Below, piece after piece: positions 1 to 11,992 of a stretch of 34,083 nt of DNA. The position numbers and the translations under genes are program-made. Origin of the DNA: Nemertoderma westbladi (taxonomy: Eukaryota > Animalia > Xenacoelomorpha); the NCBI GenBank assembly GCA_032718475.1, contig JAUCBJ010002885.1:1-34083 (forward strand), read 5' to 3'. The number at the start of each line of letters is the position of its first letter. Position 1 is the stretch's first letter. Under the pieces are notes generated by a model that saw only the letters and a list, made by a program, of their open reading frames with translations, was not told the DNA's origin and searched no databases.

Positions 1-1004
1 TGTGCATTTAATTAATTATATATATATGTACAGTATATGTATCACAAATAGCGGTTTTCTCCATGAAAAATAAGAGAAACAAAAATTTGCTCCCCTTCTT
101 TTATTACATAATCTACCATACCGATTCCAACAGAAGCAGCATTTCAAATCAAAATTATACATTATTTCGTCAAAGGATAAACGAATAACGTTATGACTGG
201 TAATTTTCCAAATAAATTCAATCTTACAATAACCGGTAAGGAATCGGGCCATTTAGCCCCTAATCTATAATATCATTATACAGTATTTCCCAACCCTCTT
301 TAAATAAGAGCAAATTTATTGAAATTTTCGAAAAAGATTCAAATTGAGTCAACATAAACTTTGTATTCACTGGAACCATAGAAAATCCAAAATATTTTTA
401 TAAAATAGCAAAGATTAAAAGTAGTGTCTCAGAACAATTAATTAATAACCACATACAGACTGTAGGCCTACATTTTGAAAACGTTTTTTGTACATTTTTA
501 TTCTACATTTTTATTCATTTTTAATAAATTTTTTTCATTTTTATTTTTATTAATTTATACTCATGATATATTCTCACGTTTTTTTTTCAATTTATAATAA
601 TTCCATATAATTCAAAATCTAATTTGAATATCGATTGGTTTGGAATATTAAACTTGTAACGTTTTTGACCACCATTGTTTGCATGTCCCAAAAGTCTAAC
701 AAATAAAAATTGGCATAATGCTATCTTCCTAACCATATAAAAATTAAAAAATATATAAGCCGAAATTAATATTCCTCAACTTGAATATTAAAAAATGCTC
801 ATTGTTTATATTGATAGTTTTCATTGCTTTTATTTCATTGCTCATATTTTAGAACACTGGGAGATAGGAAAGAAGAATATTGAATATAAAATCGTTGATT
901 TCACATATTCCTATTCTACATTTTCCCCAGTAGAACTCATATTTACTGTAGCTTCCTAATAACCATCGTTTGTTATGGGCATAAAAGTACAGTATGTATC
1001 TATA

Positions 1005-1410
1005 ACCTGTTCTTTTCCCTCAATTGATAATGATAGCCAACGTATATTGTTTCGGTTAGAAAATCCTGTCTGTAAAACCTGCATCTCTCCTTCATTTGGT
1101 AATGGTTTAGTGCTTGAGTTTATTGTTTTGGTTAGAAAAGCGTTTCTCTGTTACCTGTTCCTTTCCTTCAATTATTTATTGTTTAGGTTAGATTGTTAAT
1201 TTTCTCAATTAGTTTAGATTTATGATACGGTTTATTGTTTTTGTTAGAAAAGTCTATCTCTTTAGCCAGTTCCATTCCCTTATTAATTGATGACGATAGC
1301 CTAACATTTACTGTTTTGGTTATAAAATTCTGTCTGTCTAACTTTTCAATTTCCTCAAATGGTAATGATTGCGTTTATTGTTTTGGTGAGAAAATAATTA
1401 GAAAAAACAG
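1005..1410 (-). repeat. Degenerate inverted array of the ~68-bp minisatellite found at 21400-22247
   Basis: Repeated TTTATTGTTTTGGTTAGAAAA and CCTGTTCCTTTCCTTCA motifs are the reverse complement of the 21.4-22.2 kb unit. About 5-6 decayed copies; boundaries approximate. Confidence 0.75.
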
Positions 1411-1486
1411 CCAGTTGATGCTGACTGCAGGGCCTACTGTACTATTGAAATATATAACTTTAATTTGATTAATGCAAGCATGCAAA

Positions 1487-1602
1487 GGGATCCTCTATTG
1501 ATAACTGCTACCCGAGGGTAGGGATGCGGTGGGAGCTAATCCTAATCCTATCCCAAATTCTGCTCCCGTAGGCCCGGCGCTCAAATACCTGAGCTACCGG
1601 CC
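1487..1602. other. Short GC-rich three-hairpin element with telomere-like core (probable non-autonomous element)
   Basis: Hairpins CTACCC/GGGTAG (1508-1521), GGGAGC/GCTCCC (1531-1567) enclosing CTAATCCTAATCCTATCCC, and GGCC-CGG-C-GCTCA/TGAGC-TA-CCGGCC (1571-1602), in otherwise AT-rich DNA. Confidence 0.4.
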
Positions 1603-2950
1603 TTCCATTTAAAGTATGGTAATGTAACTATAAAAGTATATTTGAATGTTCCAGTAAAATATAAAATATAGTTTAATTAGTTAATATAGTTTAACTGTAA
1701 TACTGACGGAAGGGGGGTGGGGGTGGGTGACCGAGAAGAAAATGACCGTTCACCATCACACCACATTCTACCATAACTGTACCGTACTGTACATTATATT
1801 ACATATTCGCTCCACCATCCTGTTCATCGTTATAAACAGTAGCTAGAAACATCATAAGATACAAGTACCGATCGATAATGCAACACTTAACTACTCATTA
1901 CTACGGGATTCAACTCTGAGATCCAACATTCCAACAACGTTTGCGAGCTGACAAATCAATATGCCTGTATGTATCTTTTGGGTTCTATTGTATGGGTTAA
2001 TATTACACTTTGTGGAAAATTCGTGCACATTAAATCTTATCACATTATAATTTTTACGTAAATATAAGCGATATTACTGTAGCAATATAATAATACAGTT
2101 TTTAGCAACAATATTAAATAAGCTTTGTTCGCTTACGCTATTTTGATCGTTGCCCAAGGAAGCGCCCTGTCTCTCAGCAAAATTGCCCGTATTAGGCCTA
2201 ATCAGAAATTCTTAGGAAAGATAGGCAAAAAATTGTTAGGTTATGTAACAAAAAACCTTAACGGTAGGTACTGTAAGTACAGTAATGAACGAGATATACT
2301 GTAAGATAACATATGGAGACTACTGTAGTACAGTAGAGTAGATGGTTGCAATCCGTGATCAGCTAACCACCGATTAACTAAGAGATATGGCGTCGAGAAA
2401 TTGTTCCAAATGGAGAAGAAACAAACAGGCAACATGTATTGCAACCGGTTGATGAGAGCCATTCAACCATTCAGCCATTCACATTCCTCTTCTTGATAAT
2501 GCAGAGGCTGGGCTGATCAAAATCAAAACATAATGTGGCGGTAACAACATAACATAAAACAAACAAAATGTGGCGGTGTTGTGTTTCAGGATTAACCAGC
2601 GATGAATCCTAAGGATATACTGTACATTGTACAGGTACAGTAGTGTGAATACAGGCCGAAGTCGTACAGTACTGTATGGCATGGAAGTGCCGCCAAATCA
2701 TTGCCATACCTCATACCATAATAACAAAGGCCGATAGCCGATATATGTAGGCCTAGGTATGTAAATAAAGTGCACACTAACATTCACCTTTATTTATTTA
2801 GATGGTGAATGTACATAAGAAGTACAAGTAATTTCGAAAAAAAAGTTTTTCATAAACTTTTGTTAATGACTTTACGCCTAGGGCACCTACTAATATTTAC
2901 AGTTTTTATTTAACTTTTGGGGCACAAAAGAAGTCACAACCACGCCCAAG

Positions 2951-3649
2951 ATGAAGGTCATTTCAAATATTCCAATAATACTTTATGCGCTTATTGTGTC
3001 AACTCAGATAAGGGCAAACGCAGGGGTGACATGCGAAACCGGTAACAACATCAACGTATATGCCGAAGATGACGAATCTCAAACCCTCATCGAAAAGTAT
3101 ATAAAAGAATCCGTTCAAGTGGCTGATCCCGGAATGAAAGATCAATTAGACGTCACAAGAGCAACGGTATCAGTGGGTGGTTGCCAAACGTGCCACCAGC
3201 TGTCACTCCTGTACTACGGAGTCTCAAAAGCTACTGCTGATTTCCCTCTTGACGGGAAACACGTTACTTTTGAAGTTCTTTGGGTTGAATGTCGGAATAC
3301 AACCGAATGCGAAGAGAAGAAGAAAACAGAAGCTGTCTGCACGGAAAGATGGCACAATGGTGAGTTGGAGAGCGAAGGTATCGACCTCCTCACAACGTTG
3401 TTGCAAACACGAATGGAAACCGTCAACACAATATGTCAAGCGGAATGTTGTGCAGGTTTCTGTGACACACATTGGGAGAATGACCCACGGGAATTTAAGG
3501 CAACAACAGTAGGCCTAACCTCGACAACGGCAGTTCCTACGTTCTCCACTAATGGATCTGGAGGGTCGTCTTCCTTCCCATTGAGTGGCCTACTTGTCGG
3601 AGGCCTCGCAGCGACCATTATAGTTGGTGGATTGTTCCATCAGAACTAG
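2951..3649 (+). CDS. Secreted Cys-rich cell-surface protein, probably GPI-anchored (possibly Ly6/uPAR- or quiver-like)
   Basis: 232-aa ATG ORF in context CCCAAGATG. Hydrophobic signal peptide, 10 Cys ending in ICQAECCAGFCD, Thr/Ser-rich stalk, small-residue stretch NGSGG, hydrophobic C-terminus without a cytoplasmic tail. AATAAA follows at 3671. Confidence 0.75.
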   Translation: MKVISNIPIILYALIVSTQIRANAGVTCETGNNINVYAEDDESQTLIEKYIKESVQVADPGMKDQLDVTRATVSVGGCQTCHQLSLLYYGVSKATADFPLDGKHVTFEVLWVECRNTTECEEKKKTEAVCTERWHNGELESEGIDLLTTLLQTRMETVNTICQAECCAGFCDTHWENDPREFKATTVGLTSTTAVPTFSTNGSGGSSSFPLSGLLVGGLAATIIVGGLFHQN

Positions 3650-3670
3650 ACAGCCAAAAATCAATTGTTC

Positions 3671-3676
3671 AATAAA
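3671..3676 (+). promoter_or_regulatory. Polyadenylation signal of the 2951-3649 gene
   Basis: AATAAA about 20 nt after the stop codon. Confidence 0.5.
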
Positions 3677-4048
3677 AATAAACATAGTATTACAAACTTT
3701 AATACTGTACATACCTTGGTACATATCAAAGTTGTTCTTTGGCAATCAACATTTTCCCGTAAATATTTAATCCGATAAATATTGATAAAAACAAATTGAA
3801 TTACATTTCTTAGATATTATTGTGGAACTTCGTCAACCACGTGAAGCTTAGCGTGTGCCTACATTGAAAGTTTTATCAACAATTTTGTGACAAGAGTTAG
3901 TAAGTCGTGCGACTTGCGCATGATTTTAGTAAGTCTTGTGATAAGGGAATTGTTAGTTCCCAAGGTAAACATTATGTACCTATCAAGCCACTATATACTG
4001 ATCTATCTATCTATCTACTGACTTAGGTACAGTAGTAACCAGTATAGG

Positions 4049-4193
4049 CTATCCTTGGAATAGTCTCCACCTACGTATGTACAGTATATCAGTCCCGCAT
4101 AACACTGTATGAAACATCATTTGGTCAATGTGGCGATGGACAATGACACCGCACACTTCAACTGTGATAATTCTATTTCCGATGTATTGAACC
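4049..4193 (-). mobile_element. Gypsy/Ty3 integrase C-terminus, separated from the rest of the element by the RTE insertion
   Basis: Removing the RTE plus one TSD copy restores an open frame reading GEAVRIRNYSRLSGHYERWLPCKVVQYIGNRIITVEVCGVIVHRHIDQM, typical of the Gypsy integrase C-terminal region. Confidence 0.85.
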
Positions 4194-7100
4194 GAGTCCG
4201 TCAGGTCAGGTCCCCAGATCCTGCTACCACTATGGCAGTAATGTGGTACTACCTGTAGCTGTCAGCCCAGTAGGGCAGGCCCGATAAGCATAGCCTATTC
4301 ATTATTTAGTTGATCAAGAGTGGGTTGGTTCAGCCCCGTCAACTAAATAAGTCACTGAGGGCTATAGCGCCTAGGGCACCATTGAAGGCAAAGGCTTGAT
4401 ACGCATCTGCATTAGAGATGATACAAGCCCCGCCCTGTCTATACTGGATGCTCCTCTACCAGTGTTAAGGTAACCTAACCCAGGAGGCACACTTGGTTCA
4501 GGGTGTAACAAATGGACCCCTACAGTCGGCAGCAGGGCTGTAGGCCATGGATAGGCGGAAGGTAATCAACCAACGGCTAGACATGCTGACAAGGTCGGCG
4601 GAAGGTAATCAACCAACGGCGACCTACTGCGAAGACGCTTGTAGGAGTTGCGACCACAAGCGGTTTACCCCCGCAACTGAAAGATATGAGTATGTGTCAA
4701 AGTCGGTGACTGTTAGACAGTTAATAAAGAACCTGACACCCGACTTTCTCGGTACGACGTGACTGACAGGTCGAATTCCGGGGTGGATAGGGGACATTCG
4801 CACACTTATTTTAAACTATCTTACACAAAAGGGTCATAAGGGGGCAGCTTAGGGCTTTACGGTAGAGCTACAAGACACCAAGCAGGGTAAACCTATTAAT
4901 GTGGTTTGAAACTCACTTTGTTTGTTTAACTGGCCTCCGCTGTGTAGCACCGTTCACAATAATAACCAACACAAACAGGCCCGACAATCAGTACGATTGA
5001 GGGTGTACTTTATATCGTAATATAATGATCCCAGAAACCCAATAGGTGGGTTATCTGTATCGTGAAAGATAACACGTTAAAGGAAAGTATGGCTCCCTAT
5101 GCCGTTATGTCAGGCGAATAGGCAAGGCCGAATGAAATAGAGTTTGTTGAGCTATCGGTGGTTGCCGTTGGGGCCAAGGGGGGCCACCAACCATCCAGAC
5201 GCACCGACCGTGACCGCGACCAGATAACTCACGCGGACGGTAAACTGCTCGGTTGAGGAAAAGCACCAGGCAAGACTGGGTCGCCTCGTACAGACTGAAT
5301 ATAAATATGAAATATATCTAAATATAAATAAGTTCAAATATGTTTAGTACGGTATTATCAATGTAGAGGTACAACCTGACTATATGAAAGCAACACTATT
5401 ACATGAAAGCTGAGGTACCACCTGACCGCAATAATTCCTTAACTACCGTTACAAGGCATTCAATGGTAGGGCCAGAACAGCTGATCATAACTATTAGCAC
5501 CTTGTACTGTACCAATAGAAAGTAGGAAATGTGGGAGCTACTATCTACAGAGATTGGCAGTCAATTATTATCAGATAATAAACAAAGTAATCAGGGCGAG
5601 GCCCATTATTACCATCCCAGTTTAACAGTATGAGAACCCTCCAGGAGAAATACCGGCTCGGTCGTCGCACGGGTCAACAAGGACCGCGTCCCTCAGTGGT
5701 ACACCAGGCTGGGGTCGAAAATTGGCTACTGGAACAGAAGACAGAGAAGAAAGAAGAACCAACCTGTTGAAATGTAAAAAGACACTAAAGATTGCTACAA
5801 TGAACGCACGCACGCTGAAAGCACAGAGTAAACAGGGTGACATGGTCGCTCTGGCAATGGAATATAACATCGACATCATCTGCATCCAAGAACATCGGAT
5901 TTGTCATGAAGACACTGCCATGAAGTACAATGACATTGGAAATGGATGGACGTTAGTAACAAGCTCAGCAGTAAGAAACTCGGCCAATGCATCAATTGGT
6001 GGAGTAGGAATTCTGCTAAGCCCATTTGCACTTAAGACCCTAAACAACATCGAATCTATAAATTCCAGGGTTATGATCGCAACATTTGATGGGGATCCCA
6101 AGACAACAGTTATATGTTGCTACAGTCCAACCAATGCATCAGAGCCAGAACAAGCAGTCAAGTTTTATGAAGAACTGACTGGACTTATTAAGGACATCCC
6201 AAACACAATGTTAAAGTCATTGCTGGTGACCTGAATGCGCAAATTGGCCCAGAAGACATCAAGGGTTACACCTATAACACCAGTTCTAACAGAAATGGGT
6301 ACTTACTCTTAGACCTAATGGAAGAATGTGAATTGATACCAACAAACAACACATTCGAAAAGAGTAAGGGGAAGCTATGGACCTTTCAATACCCTAATGG
6401 AACCAAAGCACAACTGGATTACATCCTTATAAACAAAAAGTGGAGAAATAGCATAATCAACTGTGAGGCATACAACTCGTTCAACCTAATTGGTTCGGAC
6501 CACAGAATTGTGACTGCAGAGATCAGACTCAGTTTGAGAGCCAGCAAACCCAGGACAAGCATCAACTATGACTGGGAGAAACTCAGAACTGACAATGCTG
6601 TAAAGGATGCTTATACAGTAGAAGTTCAAAACCGCTTTGGTCAATGGACTTCAATGTCAATGTCACTTCAGTCAATGGATGAAGACCAATCCACCGATTC
6701 AATATACCAGAATATAATAACAGCCCACAAGGAATCAGCTAAGAGGCATATCCCCCAGAAACCTAAACGAAAACAGTATGTGCCATGGCAAAACTCTGAG
6801 GTTACTTGTAAGAGAGAAGATCTTAAGATAGCCTACAAAGTTAAAACCGAACAACCAATAACCGAAAACATTAACAAAGTTGAGAAAGCTAAGGACGATC
6901 TTAAATTGGCCTACAACATCAGCCAGGAAAAGTACATACAGGATAAAACTGAAGCAATTACAACTGCTCACATACAGCAACAATCAAGACTTACCTGGCA
7001 AACTGTAAATGAGGTATCTGGTCGGAAACGTTATGCAAAGGGGCGCCTCAAAGCCGATAGTCCTGAAGAACGTGTTGGGAAGTGGAAAAATCACTTCAGC

Positions 7101-8693
7101 AACTTGCTTGGGCAGCCACCAAACATCGAGGTCAGCCCTACAAGGAAAATATATGACAAGACACTACCTATAGAAACAGGGGACTTCACACCTGCCGAAC
7201 TCCAAAGAAGCATTAAAAGCATGTCCAATAATAAAGCGAGTGGATTAGATGAAATCCCAGCGGAGGTATGGAAAACCGGAGTGCTAAATAGACCATTATT
7301 GAATGTTTGCAACCGGATGTTAAAAGGGGAAAAGCCACCACCAATTTGGACTAAAGGTCAACTAAAGCCTCTCCCCAAGAAAGGAGACCTCGGCATACCA
7401 ACAAACTATCGTGGGATCTGTCTGCTTGTGGTAGCTGCCAAAATATACAATAAAATGATTCTATATAGGATTAGGCCTCACATAGAGAAACTACTGCGTA
7501 AGAGCCAAAACGGATTTCGACCAAGTAGATCAACAATAGCTCAGATACTTGCACTACGGAGACTGATTGAAGGAATCAAGTCAAAGAATCTCCCCGCAGT
7601 CATGACTTTTGTGGACTTCAAGAAGGCATTCGACTCCATCCATAGAGGTAAAATGCTTGAAATCCTAAGAGCTTATGGAATACCAGAAGTAATTGTTGCT
7701 GGCATTGGATTGCTATATTGTGACACAGAAGCGCAGGTACTCTCACCAGATGGTGAAACTGAGTTTTTCTCAATCCTGGCTGGCGTACTGCAAGGTGACA
7801 CATTAGCACCATTACTATTTGTAATTGTGCTGGATTACGCAATGAGGACGGCCACAAAGGGTGAAGATCTGGGATTCACACTTCAAGAACGCAGAAGTAG
7901 TAGATATCCGGCAACTACAGTCACAGACACCGACTTTGCGGATGACATCGCCCTGCTCTCTAATACGCTAGCAGATGCACAGCTTCTACTAAATAAAGTG
8001 GAGAGGGCTGCTAAGGAGGTTGGATTGCATATAAATGCTACAAAGACCGAATTCATGACCTTTAATGTTGATGGAAACTTGGCAACCATTGATAATAATC
8101 AACTAAGGCAGGTCGATGACTTCCAGTACCTTGGATCATGGATAGAGAGTAGCAAAAAGGACATAGAAGTTAGGAAAGCAAAGGCTTGGGTAGCTCTATC
8201 AAAAATGGATACCATCTGGAAATCAGATCTCTCCAGGCACCTGAAGACCAAGTTCTTTCGAGCCACAGCGGAAAGTGTATTTTTATACGGGGGTGAGACC
8301 TGGACACTGACTAAATCACTTGAACAACGAATTGATGGTTGCTACACAAGACTACTAAGGGCAGCCCTAAACATCAGCTGGAGACAACACATGACAAACG
8401 CCGAGCTTTATGGTACAATACCACCTGTATCAACCACCCTCCGTGAACGCAGATTAAGATTCAGTGGGCACTGCTGGCGAAGTAAAGACGAGGTCATACC
8501 AGATCTACTTCTCTGGCAACCAACTCATGGAAAGCGTAGTCGTGGACGACCTGCCATAACATATATAGATCAACTTGAAAGGGATACTGAACTTGGGAGA
8601 AACGAAATTGCGACAACTATGGAGAATCGGGAAGCCTGGAAGGATCTCATTTCCACTGTCCGAGTTCGCTCGACCTAGTAGTAGTAGTAGTAG
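4194..8693 (+). mobile_element. Probably full-length RTE-clade non-LTR retrotransposon (~4.5 kb)
   Basis: TSD GTATTGAACC at 4184-4193 and 8693-8702. (TAG)6 3' tail at 8676-8693. APE endonuclease plus RT ORF, with an ~1.5-kb leader lacking a long ORF. Confidence 0.95.
5722..8678 (+). pseudogene. RTE endonuclease/reverse transcriptase ORF with a single 1-nt frameshift at ~6200
   Basis: APE motifs IATMNARTL, IICIQEHR, CYSPT, (K)HNVKVIAGDLNAQIG, QLDYIL, GSDH. RT motifs QNGFR, FVDFKKAFDS, GVLQGDTLAPLLF, DFADD, FQYLGS. RTE-type C-terminus RRLRFSGHCWR..RSRGRP. The two listed ORFs join by adding 1 nt at CCC-AAA (6198-6203); the frame is open from 6201 to 8678. True start uncertain. Confidence 0.9.
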
Positions 8694-11640
8694 TATTGAA
8701 CCACTTTACAAGGCAACCAACGCTCATAGTGCCCAGACAATCGTGAATAATTACGTATCCTTACAGCTTCACCAATAACGTAAGGACTATTTTTGGGTCC
8801 TTGATCTTTGCTAGGAAGTTGATCAGTCTATCTAATCAGTCTTCGAAAGTAATCTATCTTTGGCTTGTACGCAAACACCAACTCAGCGGGTGTTTTCCCA
8901 TTTGATTTTATTGCATTATGGTCAAACAACATGAATCTACTTATATGATCTGCCATAGATAACTTTTCATTATCATCTTCTTGTTTCTTTAATGACGATT
9001 TGAATGATTTGCACTAGTCTCTCAGCTGCACAATTACAACACGGTTTATATGGTGGTGAGGGCCATCGGTTAAGGCCATTTGCAATGCAAAAAGCCACCA
9101 ATTCTTCGGCTCGGAATTGGGGACCATTATCTGATATGATAATATTAGGGATAGAGAAATCGGCGAAAAATTTTCGAAGTTCAGTTCAGTTACTATAGCT
9201 GCTGTTGCTTTGTTGGGAAGGATAACTCGAGACCATTTTGTCTTGGCACAATTATATTCCTAAGATTGTCGATTCGTATTCTGCAAAGTCAAGATGTATT
9301 CTTTCAAATGGTTCTTTCGGTTTTGGCATTGTACATGTTGTAACATGAACCTCTTTCACACATCTATGGCAACTTTTATAACATTTCACATATAGTTCTA
9401 TATCTTTGGAGATTCCCAACCACCAAACTATATTACGAGCAGTTTCTTTCATTCGTCATGTGCAAATATGTGGTCCATGGAGCTCTTGGAGAACATTCTT
9501 CTGAAGTGATGTTGGGATTATTGTTGCTGTTCCTCTACATAAAATTACATCATTACTGGATAGTTCAATCATTAAAGGTTTGTAATCTTGAAGAGCTTTT
9601 TCCTTTGCAATTCTGGAATTTGGACAGTTTAAATGCTGTAGTATTAATTTTAAAACGTTATCATTAGCATTAGCAGTGGCTGCTTTTAAATCATCTCGAT
9701 TTAATGGAATCTCTCGAAGGTTTTGCTCTTCTTGAATATCAAAGCATTTGTATCAATGTCATGTCAGACTGCTAGAGCTGGCAATGCCTTTGAAGGTGAT
9801 AATATATGTTGGAGAGGCTCGTTGTCGGTAATCAAATTGAATTTTCTAACATTAAAAAATTTCTGAATTTACGAATTCCACTAATGATAGCAAAGATCAA
9901 GTTGTGAAGAGCGCTTCTGACATTGTGATAGAGAAGCAGACATGAATTCGATAGGGCATAGATTTCCTTCAGTATTCCTTTGTAACAATATTGCAGATAT
10001 TGTCTGTTCTGAAGCATCTGTAATTAGATTGTGTTTCTTTTCTTGTATCAAAAAAACAAAGCATTGTATATTTTGTAATGGCCCATTCCAGGTTGGTAAA
10101 AAGCCTTACTTTCAATTATGGTCCGCAAAAACTTATTTCCTTTCTCTAACATTTTGTAAATGGGTTGGCCCATTTCTGCATAATTCGGGATGAACTTTCT
10201 CAAATAGTTGAAGAATCCTAAAGCTGACTGAAGCTCTTTGGCAGTTGAAGGTTCCTGCAATTTCACTACTGCTTCAATTTTGTCTTTATCACTTATCAGG
10301 AGCGATTCCGTGTTTCGAAATGACATGACCACAGAATTTGACTTCATCCTGTAAAAATGCACACTTTTCTTTCCATAACGTTAGGTTTCGTTGTTGTAAT
10401 TGTTTGAGAACTTTGCAATGTCTCTCTAAATGATCCTGAGGATTTGTAACTGTTATTACTATTTCGTCCATGTAAGCAGCAATGGATTCTTTACAGTCGA
10501 CTTCTTGAAGTACCTCATCAACAACTTTTAAACACTTGGTGCTGGCAGTTTTTATCCCATAAGGAAAACGAGTTGGTATTAAGAGTCCAAGTGGAGTATT
10601 TAAAGTCGTAAGTAGTTGGGAATGCTGATCTAGAGGAAGCTGATGGTAGGCTTCTCTTAGGTCAATCACTGTAAACTCTTCTCCACCTTCTAGTTTTGCT
10701 GCAATTTCGTCAAATGTAGGTAAGTGAAATGGATCATCTATGATATGTGGATTTAATGTACTTTTATAATCCCCACAGACTCGTATTTTGTCACCTATAC
10801 CAGGTTTTTTTGTGACAACAAGTGGGGCAGCCCATTCAATTTTTTCATTTGGAAGTGGTTTACGAAGGCTGCCCTTGTCAATATCTGACTGTAATATTTC
10901 TTTCTTGCGAAATGCGTTGGAGACAGTTCTACACTTTTAAAACTTGGGCTGGGCATTCACTTTTAAACTAACATTAGCTGGCGTCCTAATCCATCAAATA
11001 CATTTCTGTTATTTTCAAGAATAGTTTCTAAGGCATTCTCCTGTTTACTAAGTACTTCACTATGAATGGAGCAGTTTCTACTAGCTTTTCCACTCATTCT
11101 CCAAACGTATCCACCCAATTTTCCAAAAAGTTGTGTATTCACTTTTCTATTTATCACTAGTAATGGTAGATTATTAACTGTCAGAAGACCCATAATTTGG
11201 GATTATTTTAGAAAATAGTACCATTAACCCATTATATCTCGTTTTGCAAAATTGCATGCCTCTTCGTAATTTCGTGCAACTTGAATCGCGGTAGCAAAAT
11301 CTGTAGGTTTTGACCGCATCAATTTTGTAGCTATAGATTCATTCTCTATGCCTGCAAGCAATTGTTCTTTCAGCCTGCTGTCCCAGCTTTTGTTCCCAGC
11401 TATTGTTCTTTCAGCCAGCTTTCAGCCTGCTTGTTCTAAATTCACAGTAGCGTGACAAGGAACGTACATGTTTAACAAAATCAGTTACAGATTCTGCAGA
11501 CAATTTCTGCAATCTAATAAATTTACGTACTTCAGTCTCTTGGTTTATAGATGTTTGAAAATAATCATTGAGAGCATATATAATGACTGTAAATATAGCA
11601 TCATTGACGTCTACTGGGTAAATCATATCTATTATTATTT
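8694..11640 (-). mobile_element. Decayed Gypsy/Ty3 LTR retrotransposon internal region (gag-RT-RNaseH-IN order)
   Basis: gag remnant ESVTDFVKHVRSLSRYCEF (~11430-11600). RT AAPLVVTKK..IRVCGDYK..IDLREAYHQL..PYGIKTA..YMDE..KEKCAF..FCGHVIS (10290-10830). RNase H LITDASE..LITDNEPL (9790-10030). Integrase Zn finger MKETARNIVWW..CKSC-like motif, RIHLDFA and IISDNGPQF (9000-9450). Many stops and frameshifts; YxDD is mutated to YMDE; no LTRs recognised. Confidence 0.92.
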
Positions 11641-11872
11641 CAAGGAGGTCAGTTCCATAATTTGAAATTAAAATTTTCCTTTTTATCTTCTTCAGGAGGT
11701 ATTCTTCTACAGTATTTATAATTGTATTTCTTATTTCCCTCCTAGGCCGATTATATAATATATACCTGCTGCCTGAGCTGTCCTGCCAGTCCGGTTTGTA
11801 ATACCGGTGGAAGAAAAAACGAATGTACGGTAGGCTGGTTGGTAGGTGGAAGTCTTGAAAGCAACGGTTATC

Positions 11873-11992
11873 ACAGTGTGCCGACAGTGTCGGCGTTACG
11901 GTGTGCCTACAGTGTCGGCATAACGTAAACGTTGTGCCGACAGTGTCCAGATAATGTGCTGAGTGTCGGCGTTACGTTGTGCCGACAGTGTC
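11873..11992 (-). repeat. 25-bp palindromic minisatellite, inverted copy
   Basis: GCCGACAGTGTCGGCGTTACGTTGT units, the reverse complement of the arrays at 13557-13678 and 13972-14262. Confidence 0.85.

Noticed and set aside
1536-1554. Possible telomerase RNA template
   Set aside because: It would template TTAGGA rather than TTAGGG, and no pseudoknot or H/ACA features were recognised.
3182-3196. CQTCH (CxxCH) heme-c motif in the 2951-3649 protein
   Set aside because: A eukaryotic secretory-pathway protein with an even Cys count is more simply explained by disulfides. Heme c attachment is not known in the ER.
4194-4300. HDV-like or twister ribozyme at the RTE 5' end
   Set aside because: No P1 partner for GAGTCCG and no twister CCGGTCCCAAGCCCGG-type core were found by eye. 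A covariance search could still find a variant.
3700-11870. LTRs, PBS or PPT for the Gypsy element
   Set aside because: No direct repeat pair with TG..CA ends could be identified on either side of the internal region.
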